Assembly (NCBI RefSeq): GCF_000015805.1
Contig: NC_009073.1
Span: forward strand, 1,830,001-1,862,000
Direction of reading: 5' to 3'
From: Pyrobaculum calidifontis JCM 11548
GTDB lineage: Archaea > Thermoproteota > Thermoprotei > Thermoproteales > Thermoproteaceae
DNA length: 32,000 nt
Shown: positions 1-7,830 of the stretch, piece by piece
Layout of the letters: each line of letters opens with the position of its first letter
Numbering within the stretch: the stretch's first letter is position 1
Notes under the pieces: model-generated
Told to the model about the DNA's origin: nothing
Seen by the model: the letters and a program-made list of their open reading frames with translations, nothing else
The model's database searches: none
Translations under genes and position numbers: made by a program

Positions 1-312
1 CCCCTGGCCTACCTCCAGTTTGGAGACTACTTTAGAGAGCAGGGCAATCCGCAGAACAGCCTCATGTACTACATAATGTCCTCCATATACGCCACGGCCA
101 TGAGAGACGTGGCGTGTACTCTTAAGACCGCCACGGTTTACAAGCCAATATTCTCGGCTAATACGACGTCTGCTACGAACATCAGTGAGACGCAGACGGA
201 GGCGGGTAGCGGCTTGGCTCCTGTGAAAAAAACGGGGGAAAACAACTTGTTGATTCCGCTGGCCGTGGCGCTTTTGGCGGCCCTCGCCCTAGTGTACGCC
301 TCTAGACGATGA
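1..312 (+). CDS. C-terminal part of a larger membrane-anchored surface protein (5' end lies outside the window)
   Basis: Frame 1 is open from base 1, with no stop before the ATG at 64, and ends at TGA 310-312. A Thr/Ser-rich stretch with N-x-S/T sequons (NTTS, NISE) is followed by one C-terminal hydrophobic helix, LLIPLAVALLAALALVYASRR. Confidence 0.5.
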   Translation, partial: PLAYLQFGDYFREQGNPQNSLMYYIMSSIYATAMRDVACTLKTATVYKPIFSANTTSATNISETQTEAGSGLAPVKKTGENNLLIPLAVALLAALALVYASRR

Positions 313-604
313 CCACGTCTTTTTTGACCTCCCTCCCCTTCCTCTTTCTCTTGTTGTTGGCTCTGCCGCCTGGCAGTAGCGCCAGGGCGAAGAAGGCTAG
401 GGGGACTAAGTACTCCCAGTAGGGCGCGTAGACGTAGACGGCTGCCACGAGTCTCTCTACCACGTCGCCGTTTACCACCACGGCGGGCACTGCCAACAGC
501 ACTAAGCCAGCGAGGGCAAGCGCGGTCAAGGCTCTGTCTCGCACTCTCCTAAGGGCGAGGGCCGCCACCACGGCCACCACGGTCAAAGCCACGAGCCCCA
601 ACAT
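302..604 (-). CDS. Small integral membrane protein (about 3 hydrophobic helices, basic C-terminus)
   Basis: 100-aa ORF with hydrophobic segments LGLVALTVVAVVAALAL, ALALAGLVLLAVPAVVV and LVPLAFFALALL. The A/T box CATAAAATAGG (reverse complement of about 619-630) lies about 20 nt upstream of ATG 604. Confidence 0.45.
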   Translation of the reverse strand: MLGLVALTVVAVVAALALRRVRDRALTALALAGLVLLAVPAVVVNGDVVERLVAAVYVYAPYWEYLVPLAFFALALLPGGRANNKRKRKGREVKKDVVIV

Positions 605-629
605 ATGCGCGGCCTACTTCGCCTATTTT

Positions 630-1289
630 ATGTCCATCGGTTATTATGAGGCATGTGCATATATTAAGAGCCGCCGAGCGCATCGCCGGGCGGCGCGCCG
701 TCGTTGGAAAGGATATTGTTTAAATACTGATGCAATTGAGGGGTTCGTGTGGTTCCTGCCTTTGGGAAGGGGGGAGGCTGTTGAGGCCATCAAGAGGGCC
801 TACGGCGTTGCCCAGGAATACGCCAAAAAGATAGGGGGGCGTGTGGAGACGCTACAGCCCCGCCACATCTACGGAGAAAAGGCGGAGGACTTTGGCTACA
901 CTCTGCAGGTGGGGAGAATAGGCGTCACGTTGCAGCCGGCCTCTGTCATAGTGCTGTGGGGCTTCTACAACGCAGATGAGTACCTCGACTTCGTGCGCTT
1001 TATCCACGACGGCAGAACCTACGAGTGGTTTGTCCACCCCATTGCCTACTACCCAGAGAGGGTGGGCGTGTGGGCTGAGGAGCCGTACATCTTCAGAGGC
1101 TCCCTCTTAATCGACGTACACGCCACGGGCGGCGAGCAGCGGGATAGAGTCTACGGCTGGCCTCTCGGGTACTTCGTGGCCCCCCTCCAGCCGCCGCAGG
1201 AGGTGAAGCCGCCGCGTGGGCGGAGGGGGCCTAGGGGCAGGGAGAGGGGGCAGGGGGAGTCTAGGCGCGGGGGAGAGGAACGTTCGTGA
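630..1289 (+). CDS. Hypothetical protein with an Arg/Gly-rich C-terminal tail, translationally coupled to the serine recombinase
   Basis: The ORF ends at TGA 1287-1289, which overlaps the recombinase GTG at 1286 (GTGA). The tail reads PPRGRRGPRGRERGQGESRRGGEERS. The true start is probably the in-frame GTG at 747, because the box GTTTAAATAC (718-727) lies about 25 nt upstream of it. The ATG at 630 sits inside the TATA box of the divergent gene. Confidence 0.55.
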   Translation: MSIGYYEACAYIKSRRAHRRAARRRWKGYCLNTDAIEGFVWFLPLGRGEAVEAIKRAYGVAQEYAKKIGGRVETLQPRHIYGEKAEDFGYTLQVGRIGVTLQPASVIVLWGFYNADEYLDFVRFIHDGRTYEWFVHPIAYYPERVGVWAEEPYIFRGSLLIDVHATGGEQRDRVYGWPLGYFVAPLQPPQEVKPPRGRRGPRGRERGQGESRRGGEERS

Positions 1290-2044
1290 TACCAGCGGTC
1301 ACGTACATACGCGTCTCCACTGAGGAGCAGGACCCGGAGAATCAGCGCCTTTACCTGGAGAAGTGGGCCTCTGAGCACGGCTTGGCCATTGTGAAGCACT
1401 ACGTGGACGTGGGAGTGTCGGGGGCCTCTGCGCCGTGGGAGAGGCCGGCTTTTCAGCGGCTGATGAGCGAGGTGGAGGCCCTGGAGCCCAAGCCGAGGGT
1501 CCTCCTCGTGTACGAGACCTCTAGGCTTGTGAGATCTTTCCAAGAGCTCTTCCACCTCCTCGACCTCGTGGAGAACAAGCTGGGGCTCGTGGTAGTGTCG
1601 GCGTCTGAGAGGGAGCAGGCGCTACAGTCCCTGGACGGGGTCTACCGCCAGTTCCTCCGGGCCGTCTTGGCATTCGTGGCCCACATGGAGCGGGAGTTCA
1701 TCCGCCAGAGGACGAAGGCGGCGCTCGAGAGGGCGAGGGCTGCGGGCAAGGTGAACAACGTGGCTGAGCGACACCCCGAGCTTGTGGAAGCGGTGGCCGA
1801 GTACTACAGGCAGAGCGGCTCTCTGAGAGAGACGGCCAGGGCCTTCGGCCTGTCGCTCTACGAGGTGAGGAGGCTCCTCGCCGTAGCGGGCCTCTACCGC
1901 CCCACCCCCTACACCTGCCCCAGGTGCTTCTCCCGCCTCAAGGTGGCCGAGCGAGACGTCAGAGTGGCCGGGGGGAGATACGCAGTGGTAGAACGCCTCT
2001 ACTGCCCCAACTGCGGCTACGAGGAGGTGAGAAAGGCGGACTGA
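1286..2044 (+). CDS. Small serine recombinase (resolvase/invertase family) with C-terminal HTH and zinc ribbon
   Basis: N-terminal catalytic motif YIRVSTEEQ. Further family motifs DVGVSGAS..RPAFQRL, VLLVYETSRLVRS and an E-helix-like MEREFIRQRTKAALERARAAGK. HTH-like SLRETARAFGLSLYEVRRLL. Zinc ribbon CPRC...CPNC. Confidence 0.85.
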   Translation: MIPAVTYIRVSTEEQDPENQRLYLEKWASEHGLAIVKHYVDVGVSGASAPWERPAFQRLMSEVEALEPKPRVLLVYETSRLVRSFQELFHLLDLVENKLGLVVVSASEREQALQSLDGVYRQFLRAVLAFVAHMEREFIRQRTKAALERARAAGKVNNVAERHPELVEAVAEYYRQSGSLRETARAFGLSLYEVRRLLAVAGLYRPTPYTCPRCFSRLKVAERDVRVAGGRYAVVERLYCPNCGYEEVRKAD

Positions 2045-2065
2045 CGCCCGCCCCCAGCGGCGGAG

Positions 2066-2278
2066 CTAGGCGACGCTTTTGTTGCCTATCTTCCTCCGGA
2101 GCAAGATCTTCCCCGACACCGCGTGGTACACCGCCTCGACGTCTTCGAGGCTTTGCACCAGCCTTATCTTCTCCTTCCAGTCCATGTCCACTCCCAGGGA
2201 CTCTAACACGTCGTCGAGATCCACCGGCTGCTCCCCCACCTTTGAGGCCACCAGCTTTGCCAATATGCGGATGTCCAC
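2066..2278 (-). CDS. Hypothetical 70-aa protein
   Basis: GTG start at 2278. The box GTTAAAATC (reverse complement of 2298-2306) lies about 22-25 nt upstream, giving leaderless geometry. Acidic and helical. No motif recognised. Confidence 0.45.
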   Translation of the reverse strand: MDIRILAKLVASKVGEQPVDLDDVLESLGVDMDWKEKIRLVQSLEDVEAVYHAVSGKILLRRKIGNKSVA

Positions 2279-2345
2279 TGTAGTGCGGCGGAGCTAAGAT
2301 TTTAACGCGGCGTGCAAAATAAACAAATACCCCGCATAATGCTCC

Positions 2346-3044
2346 GTGGCCACGTTTACTACTCCATGCGTGGTGTTGGTGGGGGTCGTGGGAGGCCGCG
2401 CGGTCTACTTGGAGTTGGACAGCGGCAAGCGAGTTGAGGAATTTGTTGGCGTGGATGTGGACTCTGCGGCGCCGGCTGTTGTGGGGGATTTTTTGGAGGG
2501 ACACCTCGCCGTAACCTCCTACTCGGCCACGATTGTGAAAGGGGTGGCGCTTCTCAAGCCGGCCTACGTCTTAGACGCGGAGGGGCTCAGGCCCCTAGTA
2601 AAAAAGGCCGTCACAGTGAGGAGCGTAAAGGCTAAGGAGTTCGGCTCGTGGGAGCCCCTCTGGAATAAGCCAGTCTTTCTACAGCGCTCTAGCCCAACGG
2701 TGGCCGTGGGCTTCTCCAGGGCTGGCGCCTTGTTGCACATAAACGCCGTGCCCTCCAACGTGGAAATCGCCGAAAAGGCCTTGGCCGTCGCACGCATACT
2801 ACAGAGGGGAGGCGAGTTGCACATGAACTGCACCTGCCGGCTGGGCCTAATGCCCGTGGAGATCTTCGTCAGGCGAGATGGTAGATACATCGTCGCCAAG
2901 TTCTACCTCAACGCCTCGTCGCCAAGAAGCGGCAAGGCCTTCTTCATAGCCGGAGAGGGGGGAAACGTCCTTGAGAGGCGAGAGGTGGGTCTTGCCGAGG
3001 CCGAGGTAGCCGCTTACGAGTTTTTATCTAAGCTTAAAGCCTAG
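2346..3044 (+). CDS. Hypothetical 232-aa protein
   Basis: GTG start at 2346 is preceded by the A/T box AAAATAAACAAATA (about 2316-2330). Long ORF. No recognisable motif. Confidence 0.6.
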   Translation: MATFTTPCVVLVGVVGGRAVYLELDSGKRVEEFVGVDVDSAAPAVVGDFLEGHLAVTSYSATIVKGVALLKPAYVLDAEGLRPLVKKAVTVRSVKAKEFGSWEPLWNKPVFLQRSSPTVAVGFSRAGALLHINAVPSNVEIAEKALAVARILQRGGELHMNCTCRLGLMPVEIFVRRDGRYIVAKFYLNASSPRSGKAFFIAGEGGNVLERREVGLAEAEVAAYEFLSKLKA

Positions 3045-3199
3045 AGCCTCTGTTGGGCTACCTCGCTTAAGAACTTGGCCAAGTGCGGCGCCTTGGCCTT
3101 CAGCTTGGCGATGGCGGCTTCTATGTCGTCAGTGGGGCCTACGCCGTATTTCCAAAGCCCGTAGGCGTGAGGCCCCAACAACTCTAACACCGACGCCAT
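3041..3199 (-). CDS. Possible small protein (52 aa; 57 aa if it starts at 3214)
   Basis: Below the 60-aa cutoff of the ORF track. Hand translation gives MASVLELLGPHAYGLWKYGVGPTDDIEAAIAKLKAKAPHLAKFLSEVAQQRL, with stop TAG at 3043-3041. The box ATTTTTTAAAT (reverse complement of 3218-3228) lies about 24 nt upstream of ATG 3199. The stop overlaps the stop of the convergent 232-aa gene. Confidence 0.35.
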   Translation of the reverse strand: MASVLELLGPHAYGLWKYGVGPTDDIEAAIAKLKAKAPHLAKFLSEVAQQRL

Positions 3200-3286
3200 G
3201 AGTACGCCGTACATCCAATTTAAAAAATCCTCCGTAGCGCCGGGCGTAGCGAGGCGGTTCGGTTAAAGCTTTTATATTCGGGGGCT

Positions 3287-4372
3287 GTGTGCGTCGTGGC
3301 TGAGGCTGGCATTGTCTTGGCTGGTGGCTTTGCGACGAGGCTTCGCCCGCTTAGCTATACTAAGCCTAAGCCGCTTTTCCCCGTGTTGGGCCGGCCCGTA
3401 TTGGACTGGGTAGTTGAAAACGTGGCTGAGGTCGCCGAGCCGGTGGTGTCGGCTAGGTATCTCTCTAGCCTCATCCGCGCCTACGTGGGCTCTAGGTGGG
3501 GGAGCAGAGTGAGGATTGTGGAGGAGGACAGGCCCCTGGGCGACGGGGGTGCAGTGGTGAATGTGGTTAAGAGCCTGGGGCTGAGGGGCCCCGTAATTGT
3601 GGCCAACGGCGACGTGTTTACCGACCTCCCCGTGAGGGAGGTGTGGGAGTTCCACAGGAGGAAGGGGGCCGCGGCCACTCTAGCGCTCATAGAGGTCCCG
3701 CCTGAGGACGTGAGCAAGTTCGGCATCGCCGTCATCGACGAGGATGGGAGAGTTAAGAGGTTTGTGGAAAAGCCCAGGGAGCCCGTGGGTAGTAATTTGG
3801 CAAATGCGGGGGTCTACGTATTTAGCGAGGAGGCCTTGGCGGCCTTTCCGGAAGCGAATGGAGAGGTCAAGATTGCGAAGCACATAATTCCCGAGCTTTT
3901 GAAGAAGTTCGACGTATATGCATATGTGCACAGGGGGCTGTGGTTCGACATTGGGACACACCAGGACTACCTCAAGGCCAACTTCGCGGCCCTTGACAAA
4001 TGTGGAGAGTGTAGGCCAGAGATTAGGGGGGTGAAGATAATTCCCCCCGTGTACATAGGGCCCGACGCCGTGGTTGAGCCGGGCAGCGTGTTGGGGCCCT
4101 ACGTCGTAGTGGGAGGGCGGAGCAAGATTGGGCCTCACGTCCGCATTAGAGAGAGCGTGTTGATGGACGGCGTGGTGGTAGAGGCCGGGTCGCACATAGT
4201 CCGTAGCATAATAGGCGAGGGGGCGGCCCTGGGGAAGTGGGTCAGAGTTGTGGAAGCCGTGGTGGCCGACGGCGTGTTTATAAAAGACGAAGTGACTGTG
4301 GGCAGGGGCGCCTCCATAGGCCCCAACAGAGAAGTGGAGGCCGACGTAAAAGAGGGGGAGGTCCTCCCCTGA
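3287..4372 (+). CDS. Sugar-1-phosphate nucleotidylyltransferase with C-terminal left-handed beta-helix domain
   Basis: N-terminal signature IVLAGGFATRLRPLSYTKPKPL. C-terminal hexapeptide-repeat-like region (VVEPGSVLGPYVVVGGRSKIGPHVRIRESVLMDGVVV...). The probable real start is GTG 3296, about 24 nt downstream of AAAGCTTTTATATT (3265-3278). Confidence 0.85.
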   Translation: MCVVAEAGIVLAGGFATRLRPLSYTKPKPLFPVLGRPVLDWVVENVAEVAEPVVSARYLSSLIRAYVGSRWGSRVRIVEEDRPLGDGGAVVNVVKSLGLRGPVIVANGDVFTDLPVREVWEFHRRKGAAATLALIEVPPEDVSKFGIAVIDEDGRVKRFVEKPREPVGSNLANAGVYVFSEEALAAFPEANGEVKIAKHIIPELLKKFDVYAYVHRGLWFDIGTHQDYLKANFAALDKCGECRPEIRGVKIIPPVYIGPDAVVEPGSVLGPYVVVGGRSKIGPHVRIRESVLMDGVVVEAGSHIVRSIIGEGAALGKWVRVVEAVVADGVFIKDEVTVGRGASIGPNREVEADVKEGEVLP

Positions 4373-4502
4373 CAATCCCTGGTCGCGGGGCTATTTCACA
4401 GAGGTGCGCCAGCGGCCTTGTAGCTAAATACCACCTCTCTAGCCAGGTCGCCTGGGTGGTAACGTCTAGACCTGAGTAGGGGCGCTGGAGCCCTCGTTGT
4501 CT

Positions 4503-5270
4503 CTAGGACTTCAGCTGCAATGGCCTCTTGGGCTTGAGCACTGCCTTTGCCTCTCTTACGAGGCGTCTTGCCTTCTCGGGGTCTATCTCTGCACCATCTT
4601 TTACGCATGTGCCGACTATTGCGCCGTCTGCTATTTTCAAGAGGGGGAGGGTCTGGAAGCATATGCCGCTTCCCACTAGCACTGGGAGGTCTGTGTACGC
4701 CCTCGCCGTCGCCAAGTCTACTGGGTCTGGGGCCTCCCCCGTCTTTCTGCCGGTGACTACTATGGCGGCTGGTGCCGCCCTTGTGGAAGCCGCTTCCACC
4801 GCCTCGGCGAGTGTCCGCGGGTAAATGCTTTCGCCGTGTTTTACGTGGACGTCTGCGAGCACTTTGACGCCCTTTATGTAGGGGGCCTGGGGGGTTAAGA
4901 TTCCCGACTCGGAGAGGACTATGTCCGTGTACGCGTTGCAGCGGATAAACGTGGCGCCCACGTGTCTCGCTATTATTGAGGCCTTTACGCATGCGTTTCT
5001 CAGCAGGTTTATCCCCACGGGCAGTGAGACCTCCCTGGCCACCTCCCTCGCCGCCACGGCCATGGCCACTGCGGCTTCGAAGTCCGCCTTGGGCTTAAAC
5101 GGCATGTCGTAGTAGTTCTCCACTATCACTGCGTCGAAGCCGGCCTCTTCGAGCCTCTTGGCGCTTCTAACCGCATGTTCTAGGCGCTGGGGGGACCCGG
5201 TCGGCAGTAGGTGGACGACGCCTATCAACATGTGAAATATTTTTAAAGTGGCTTTTATGGTTGTCGCCAT
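4503..5270 (-). CDS. BtpA/SgcQ-family TIM-barrel protein
   Basis: N-terminal LIGVVHLLPTGSP motif, then FDAVIVENYYDMPF and a C-terminal GAIVGT segment, all typical of the BtpA family. The start is ambiguous between ATG 5270 and ATG 5231. Confidence 0.7.
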   Translation of the reverse strand: MATTIKATLKIFHMLIGVVHLLPTGSPQRLEHAVRSAKRLEEAGFDAVIVENYYDMPFKPKADFEAAVAMAVAAREVAREVSLPVGINLLRNACVKASIIARHVGATFIRCNAYTDIVLSESGILTPQAPYIKGVKVLADVHVKHGESIYPRTLAEAVEAASTRAAPAAIVVTGRKTGEAPDPVDLATARAYTDLPVLVGSGICFQTLPLLKIADGAIVGTCVKDGAEIDPEKARRLVREAKAVLKPKRPLQLKS

Positions 5271-5445
5271 GGTTTACCCGCCGAAAACTTTGATGGTGGG
5301 GAGGTGCTCTCGTTGCGGTAGGAGGCTGTACGCGTTTGAGGACAAGTACGTGTGTAAAAAGATGGGCTACGTCTTCTGCGACGTGTGTGCCAGGAAGCTT
5401 CAGTACAAGTGCCCCGACGCGGTGACCCCCCTTGAGCCCGCATAG
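5248..5445 (+). CDS. Small zinc-ribbon protein
   Basis: Cys pairs CSRC...C and CDVC...C. The likely start is the in-frame ATG 5269, about 25 nt downstream of AAATATTTTTAAAG. Confidence 0.5.
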   Translation: MAFMVVAMVYPPKTLMVGRCSRCGRRLYAFEDKYVCKKMGYVFCDVCARKLQYKCPDAVTPLEPA

Positions 5446-5863
5446 CGTGTTTTTGTCTATAACTGCAAGCCCCGGGGTTAGGGGCATCACCATCACTAGG
5501 GGGGATAGGATACTTGTAGTCCACCTTTATGCGAAGAGCGTCTACATGGCTGTGGTGTCGCGGGGCTGTGAGAGAGTTCTCGCAGACGAGGAGCTTAAGA
5601 GGGCGGCGTGGCTTCTCACTAGGCTAATGGACAGAGTGGGGAGACTTGTGAAATCTAGGTATTACACGTACACGGGCCCTCTGGAGGTGAGAGAGGGCGA
5701 GGTGGTCTTTCGGCCCTACGTGGCGCCTACCTCAGCCGTGGAGGTGGTGCTGAGGGGGGGCAAGGCCGCTGTGTTTGCTGGAGAGTGGCGGCGGAGGTTT
5801 CGCACTGGGGTAGACGTGGCCGCCGCGCTGAGGAGGGGGCTGGAGCTTTTGGAAAAATGTTAA
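5432..5863 (+). CDS. Hypothetical protein, probably in an operon with the zinc-ribbon gene
   Basis: ORF in the same orientation. An in-frame GTG at 5447 lies immediately after the upstream stop (TAG 5443-5445). Ends at TAA 5861-5863, followed by a T5 tract. Confidence 0.5.
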   Translation: MSPHSVFLSITASPGVRGITITRGDRILVVHLYAKSVYMAVVSRGCERVLADEELKRAAWLLTRLMDRVGRLVKSRYYTYTGPLEVREGEVVFRPYVAPTSAVEVVLRGGKAAVFAGEWRRRFRTGVDVAAALRRGLELLEKC

Positions 5864-5999
5864 ATTTTTCCCCCTCCCGTCTCTTCTCGGTGAAGAGACC
5901 AGGCTGTATGACTTGTGATTGAGGTTAATAGCGCTGATCCCTCCTCCTAGTAGAGCTCGATGTGCAAGCTAAGCTGGCAGGGTGGCTTGAGTCCGCGGC

Positions 6000-6359
6000 T
6001 TAGCGCTGGTCTATGTATACTTCGCCGTTTTTTACCTGTAGCACGGCTAGGCCTGCCCCGAGTAGGTAGGCCAGGGTTTTGCTGGGGTCTTTGCCCTCGG
6101 AGGCTAGCCGGGCGACGTAGTCCGCTAAGCGCTCGCCTTGAGGGGGGTCTTCTAGGGGGGCTTGGTCTAGCCTTAGGTCGGTCTTCATGAGTATGTCCAG
6201 CTCCGTGTATATTGAGTAGATTTTTTCGAGTAGGTTTATGACTATGGTGAGTTGCTTGTATAAGTCGTCTACTACTGCTTTTAGCTCTTCGTCTTGGCGC
6301 TTTTGTGCTATTCTGTTGAGCAGGTCTATGGTCTTGGCGAGTTTAGATAGGAAGTACAT
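6000..6359 (-). CDS. Hypothetical 119-aa protein (helical N-terminal half)
   Basis: The ORF overlaps the 3' end of the M48 peptidase gene by 17 nt. The coding DNA is visibly A/T-rich. No motif recognised. Confidence 0.5.
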   Translation of the reverse strand: MYFLSKLAKTIDLLNRIAQKRQDEELKAVVDDLYKQLTIVINLLEKIYSIYTELDILMKTDLRLDQAPLEDPPQGERLADYVARLASEGKDPSKTLAYLLGAGLAVLQVKNGEVYIDQR

Positions 6360-7230
6360 GGATTTTCCGTAACCTGTCTATTGTGAGGGGGTGTGTTCTG
6401 GCGAGTAGCGTGAGCCGCGTGGCTATGGGGCTTTGTAGTGTCTCAATTATGCCGTTCCAGTCTAGTTTTACTAGCGCTGATGCGAGTTTTTCGCGGCTTT
6501 TGGCCGCCGCGTAGTTGTCTGCCTCAAATTCAAAGGCCTGTAGCATGGCTGTGAAGAGGAGGGTTACTCCGATTAGGTGGAGTGCGAGTAGGTACACTGC
6601 GTATTTCAAGTATATCAAGTGTACCAGCGTGAGCCTTAGCGCGTATTCGGCGTTTAAGAAGGCGAGTAGCTTGTAGGTGTGCCGGTACTTCACGTGGCCA
6701 ACCTCGTGCTCTAACACGGCCTGTATCTCCTCTGGGGAGAGGCGGGCGAAGAGGCCTGTGGTGAAGTACACCACTGGCCCCTTGGGCCCGTCGAGGGTGA
6801 AGGCGTTGGGCCTTTTGTCTTTGGCAACGCAGACTCTGGGCGCGGTGTAGTAGACCTCGTAGTCCCCGGGGAGCGACGAGGGGTTTTCCAGCACTTGGAG
6901 CTTGTTTCTCCGCAGGTGTTCCACGTCGCCGTGGTTTGTGCGTACTACTTTTACCAAGTCTGGGGTAAAGCACTTGGCCCTTAGGTATGCATATGTGGCC
7001 AAGTAGGCGCCTACTATCAACGCGGTGCCCATGGCCCACTGTATCCACACGTCTTTAGTCACTAGGAGGGGTAGCGCCGATAGGGCAAGTGGGAGGTAGA
7101 GCAGAGCCGCGTCGGATTTCAGCGGCGGGGGTTCGACATATCTCCCCCCCTTGTAGGTGCCCACCAGCGCTACTCTGAAGCTCTCGCCCTTGTACCTACG
7201 TAGATGTCTCAGTAGCTCTTCTACGTTCAC
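6343..7230 (-). CDS. htpX: M48-family (HtpX-like) membrane zinc metalloprotease
   Basis: HEVGHVKYRH (HExxH) follows NAF...GLFARLSPEEIQAVLEHE. The downstream third-ligand motif is FEFEADNYAA. Hydrophobic helices lie on both sides of the catalytic segment. It has its own A/T box, CTTATATACA, about 20 nt upstream of the start at 7230. Confidence 0.8.
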   Translation of the reverse strand: MNVEELLRHLRRYKGESFRVALVGTYKGGRYVEPPPLKSDAALLYLPLALSALPLLVTKDVWIQWAMGTALIVGAYLATYAYLRAKCFTPDLVKVVRTNHGDVEHLRRNKLQVLENPSSLPGDYEVYYTAPRVCVAKDKRPNAFTLDGPKGPVVYFTTGLFARLSPEEIQAVLEHEVGHVKYRHTYKLLAFLNAEYALRLTLVHLIYLKYAVYLLALHLIGVTLLFTAMLQAFEFEADNYAAAKSREKLASALVKLDWNGIIETLQSPIATRLTLLARTHPLTIDRLRKIHVLPI

Positions 7231-7261
7231 TAAAAGGGGGGACGGCGTGTATATAAGACAA

Positions 7262-7636
7262 TTACTGAATTTTCTCTGTCTCTAAAAGCTCTAGAATCTT
7301 GTCTGGCTCGTACGTGGATAGGAGGTCCCAGAACTTGTTGCTCTTGTAGAGCCCGTACACCTTCCCCCTCGCGCTTCTCTTTACCACGGTGATGTACCCC
7401 CTCTGCACTAAGTCGTCTAGGAAGGTTCTGATTAGGACGGTCTTCGCCCTTAGGTCTTGTCGGTCGTATATGTGGAGGTCTTGTGCCACTTTAGACGGCC
7501 TGAAAGTTATGAGGTTTCCCTTGGCGTTTTGGACTTGGTCTTTTAGGAATTTCAACGTGATAAGCCTCACGCGGTAGGAGTCTATTTTATCGCTGTAAGT
7601 TCGAGAGAGAGTTTTTATCTCAGCCATTGAGTACAC
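7262..7636 (-). CDS. Hypothetical 124-aa protein, possibly a winged-helix DNA-binding protein
   Basis: The segment TFLDDLVQRGYITVVKRSARGKVYGLYK resembles a recognition helix plus wing. The likely start is ATG 7627, preceded by GAGGGG. It is the last gene of the helicase/ATPase operon. Confidence 0.55.
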   Translation of the reverse strand: MYSMAEIKTLSRTYSDKIDSYRVRLITLKFLKDQVQNAKGNLITFRPSKVAQDLHIYDRQDLRAKTVLIRTFLDDLVQRGYITVVKRSARGKVYGLYKSNKFWDLLSTYEPDKILELLETEKIQ

Positions 7637-7647
7637 AGAAAGCCCCT

Positions 7648-7830
7648 CTATTTATCTCTTTTTGCACACACTCTCTCAAGGTATTCCACCTTGTTTTTTA
7701 AGTCGTATATCTTGGCCTCGATATTTGCCAAGTATTGGAGGAAGTAGTTTACGTAGATGTCGCAGGGGGCCAGCTCGTCGACGCGTAGGCCTAGTAGCTT
7801 TACCACTTTTTCAAAGTCTAGACTATCCAT
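7648..7830 (-). CDS. Hypothetical 60-aa protein
   Basis: The ATG at 7830 overlaps the end of the upstream ATPase gene by 13 nt. Predicted helical. No motif recognised. Confidence 0.45.
   Translation of the reverse strand: MDSLDFEKVVKLLGLRVDELAPCDIYVNYFLQYLANIEAKIYDLKNKVEYLERVCAKRDK

Noticed and set aside
4373-4502. A 130-nt convergent spacer with the CCAGG-TCG-CCTGG hairpin and repeated TCTAG motifs, examined for an sRNA.
   Set aside because: No C/D, H/ACA or other box arrangement with correct spacing fits on either strand. The stems are short (4-5 bp).
5229-5271. The CCATGG at 5267-5272 gives an ATG on both strands, suggesting overlapping divergent starts for the BtpA-like gene and the zinc-ribbon gene.
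   Set aside because: This is probably an annotation ambiguity. BtpA can start at ATG 5231 with its own ATAAAAG box, which leaves a normal 37-nt divergent spacer.
5928-6010. Direct repeat TAGCGCTG(A/G)TC at about 5929 and about 6001, considered as possible boundary repeats of the A/T-shifted block.
   Set aside because: Only 8 contiguous identical nt, which is expected by chance many times in 32 kb. No matching copy lies at the other end of the block near 10281.
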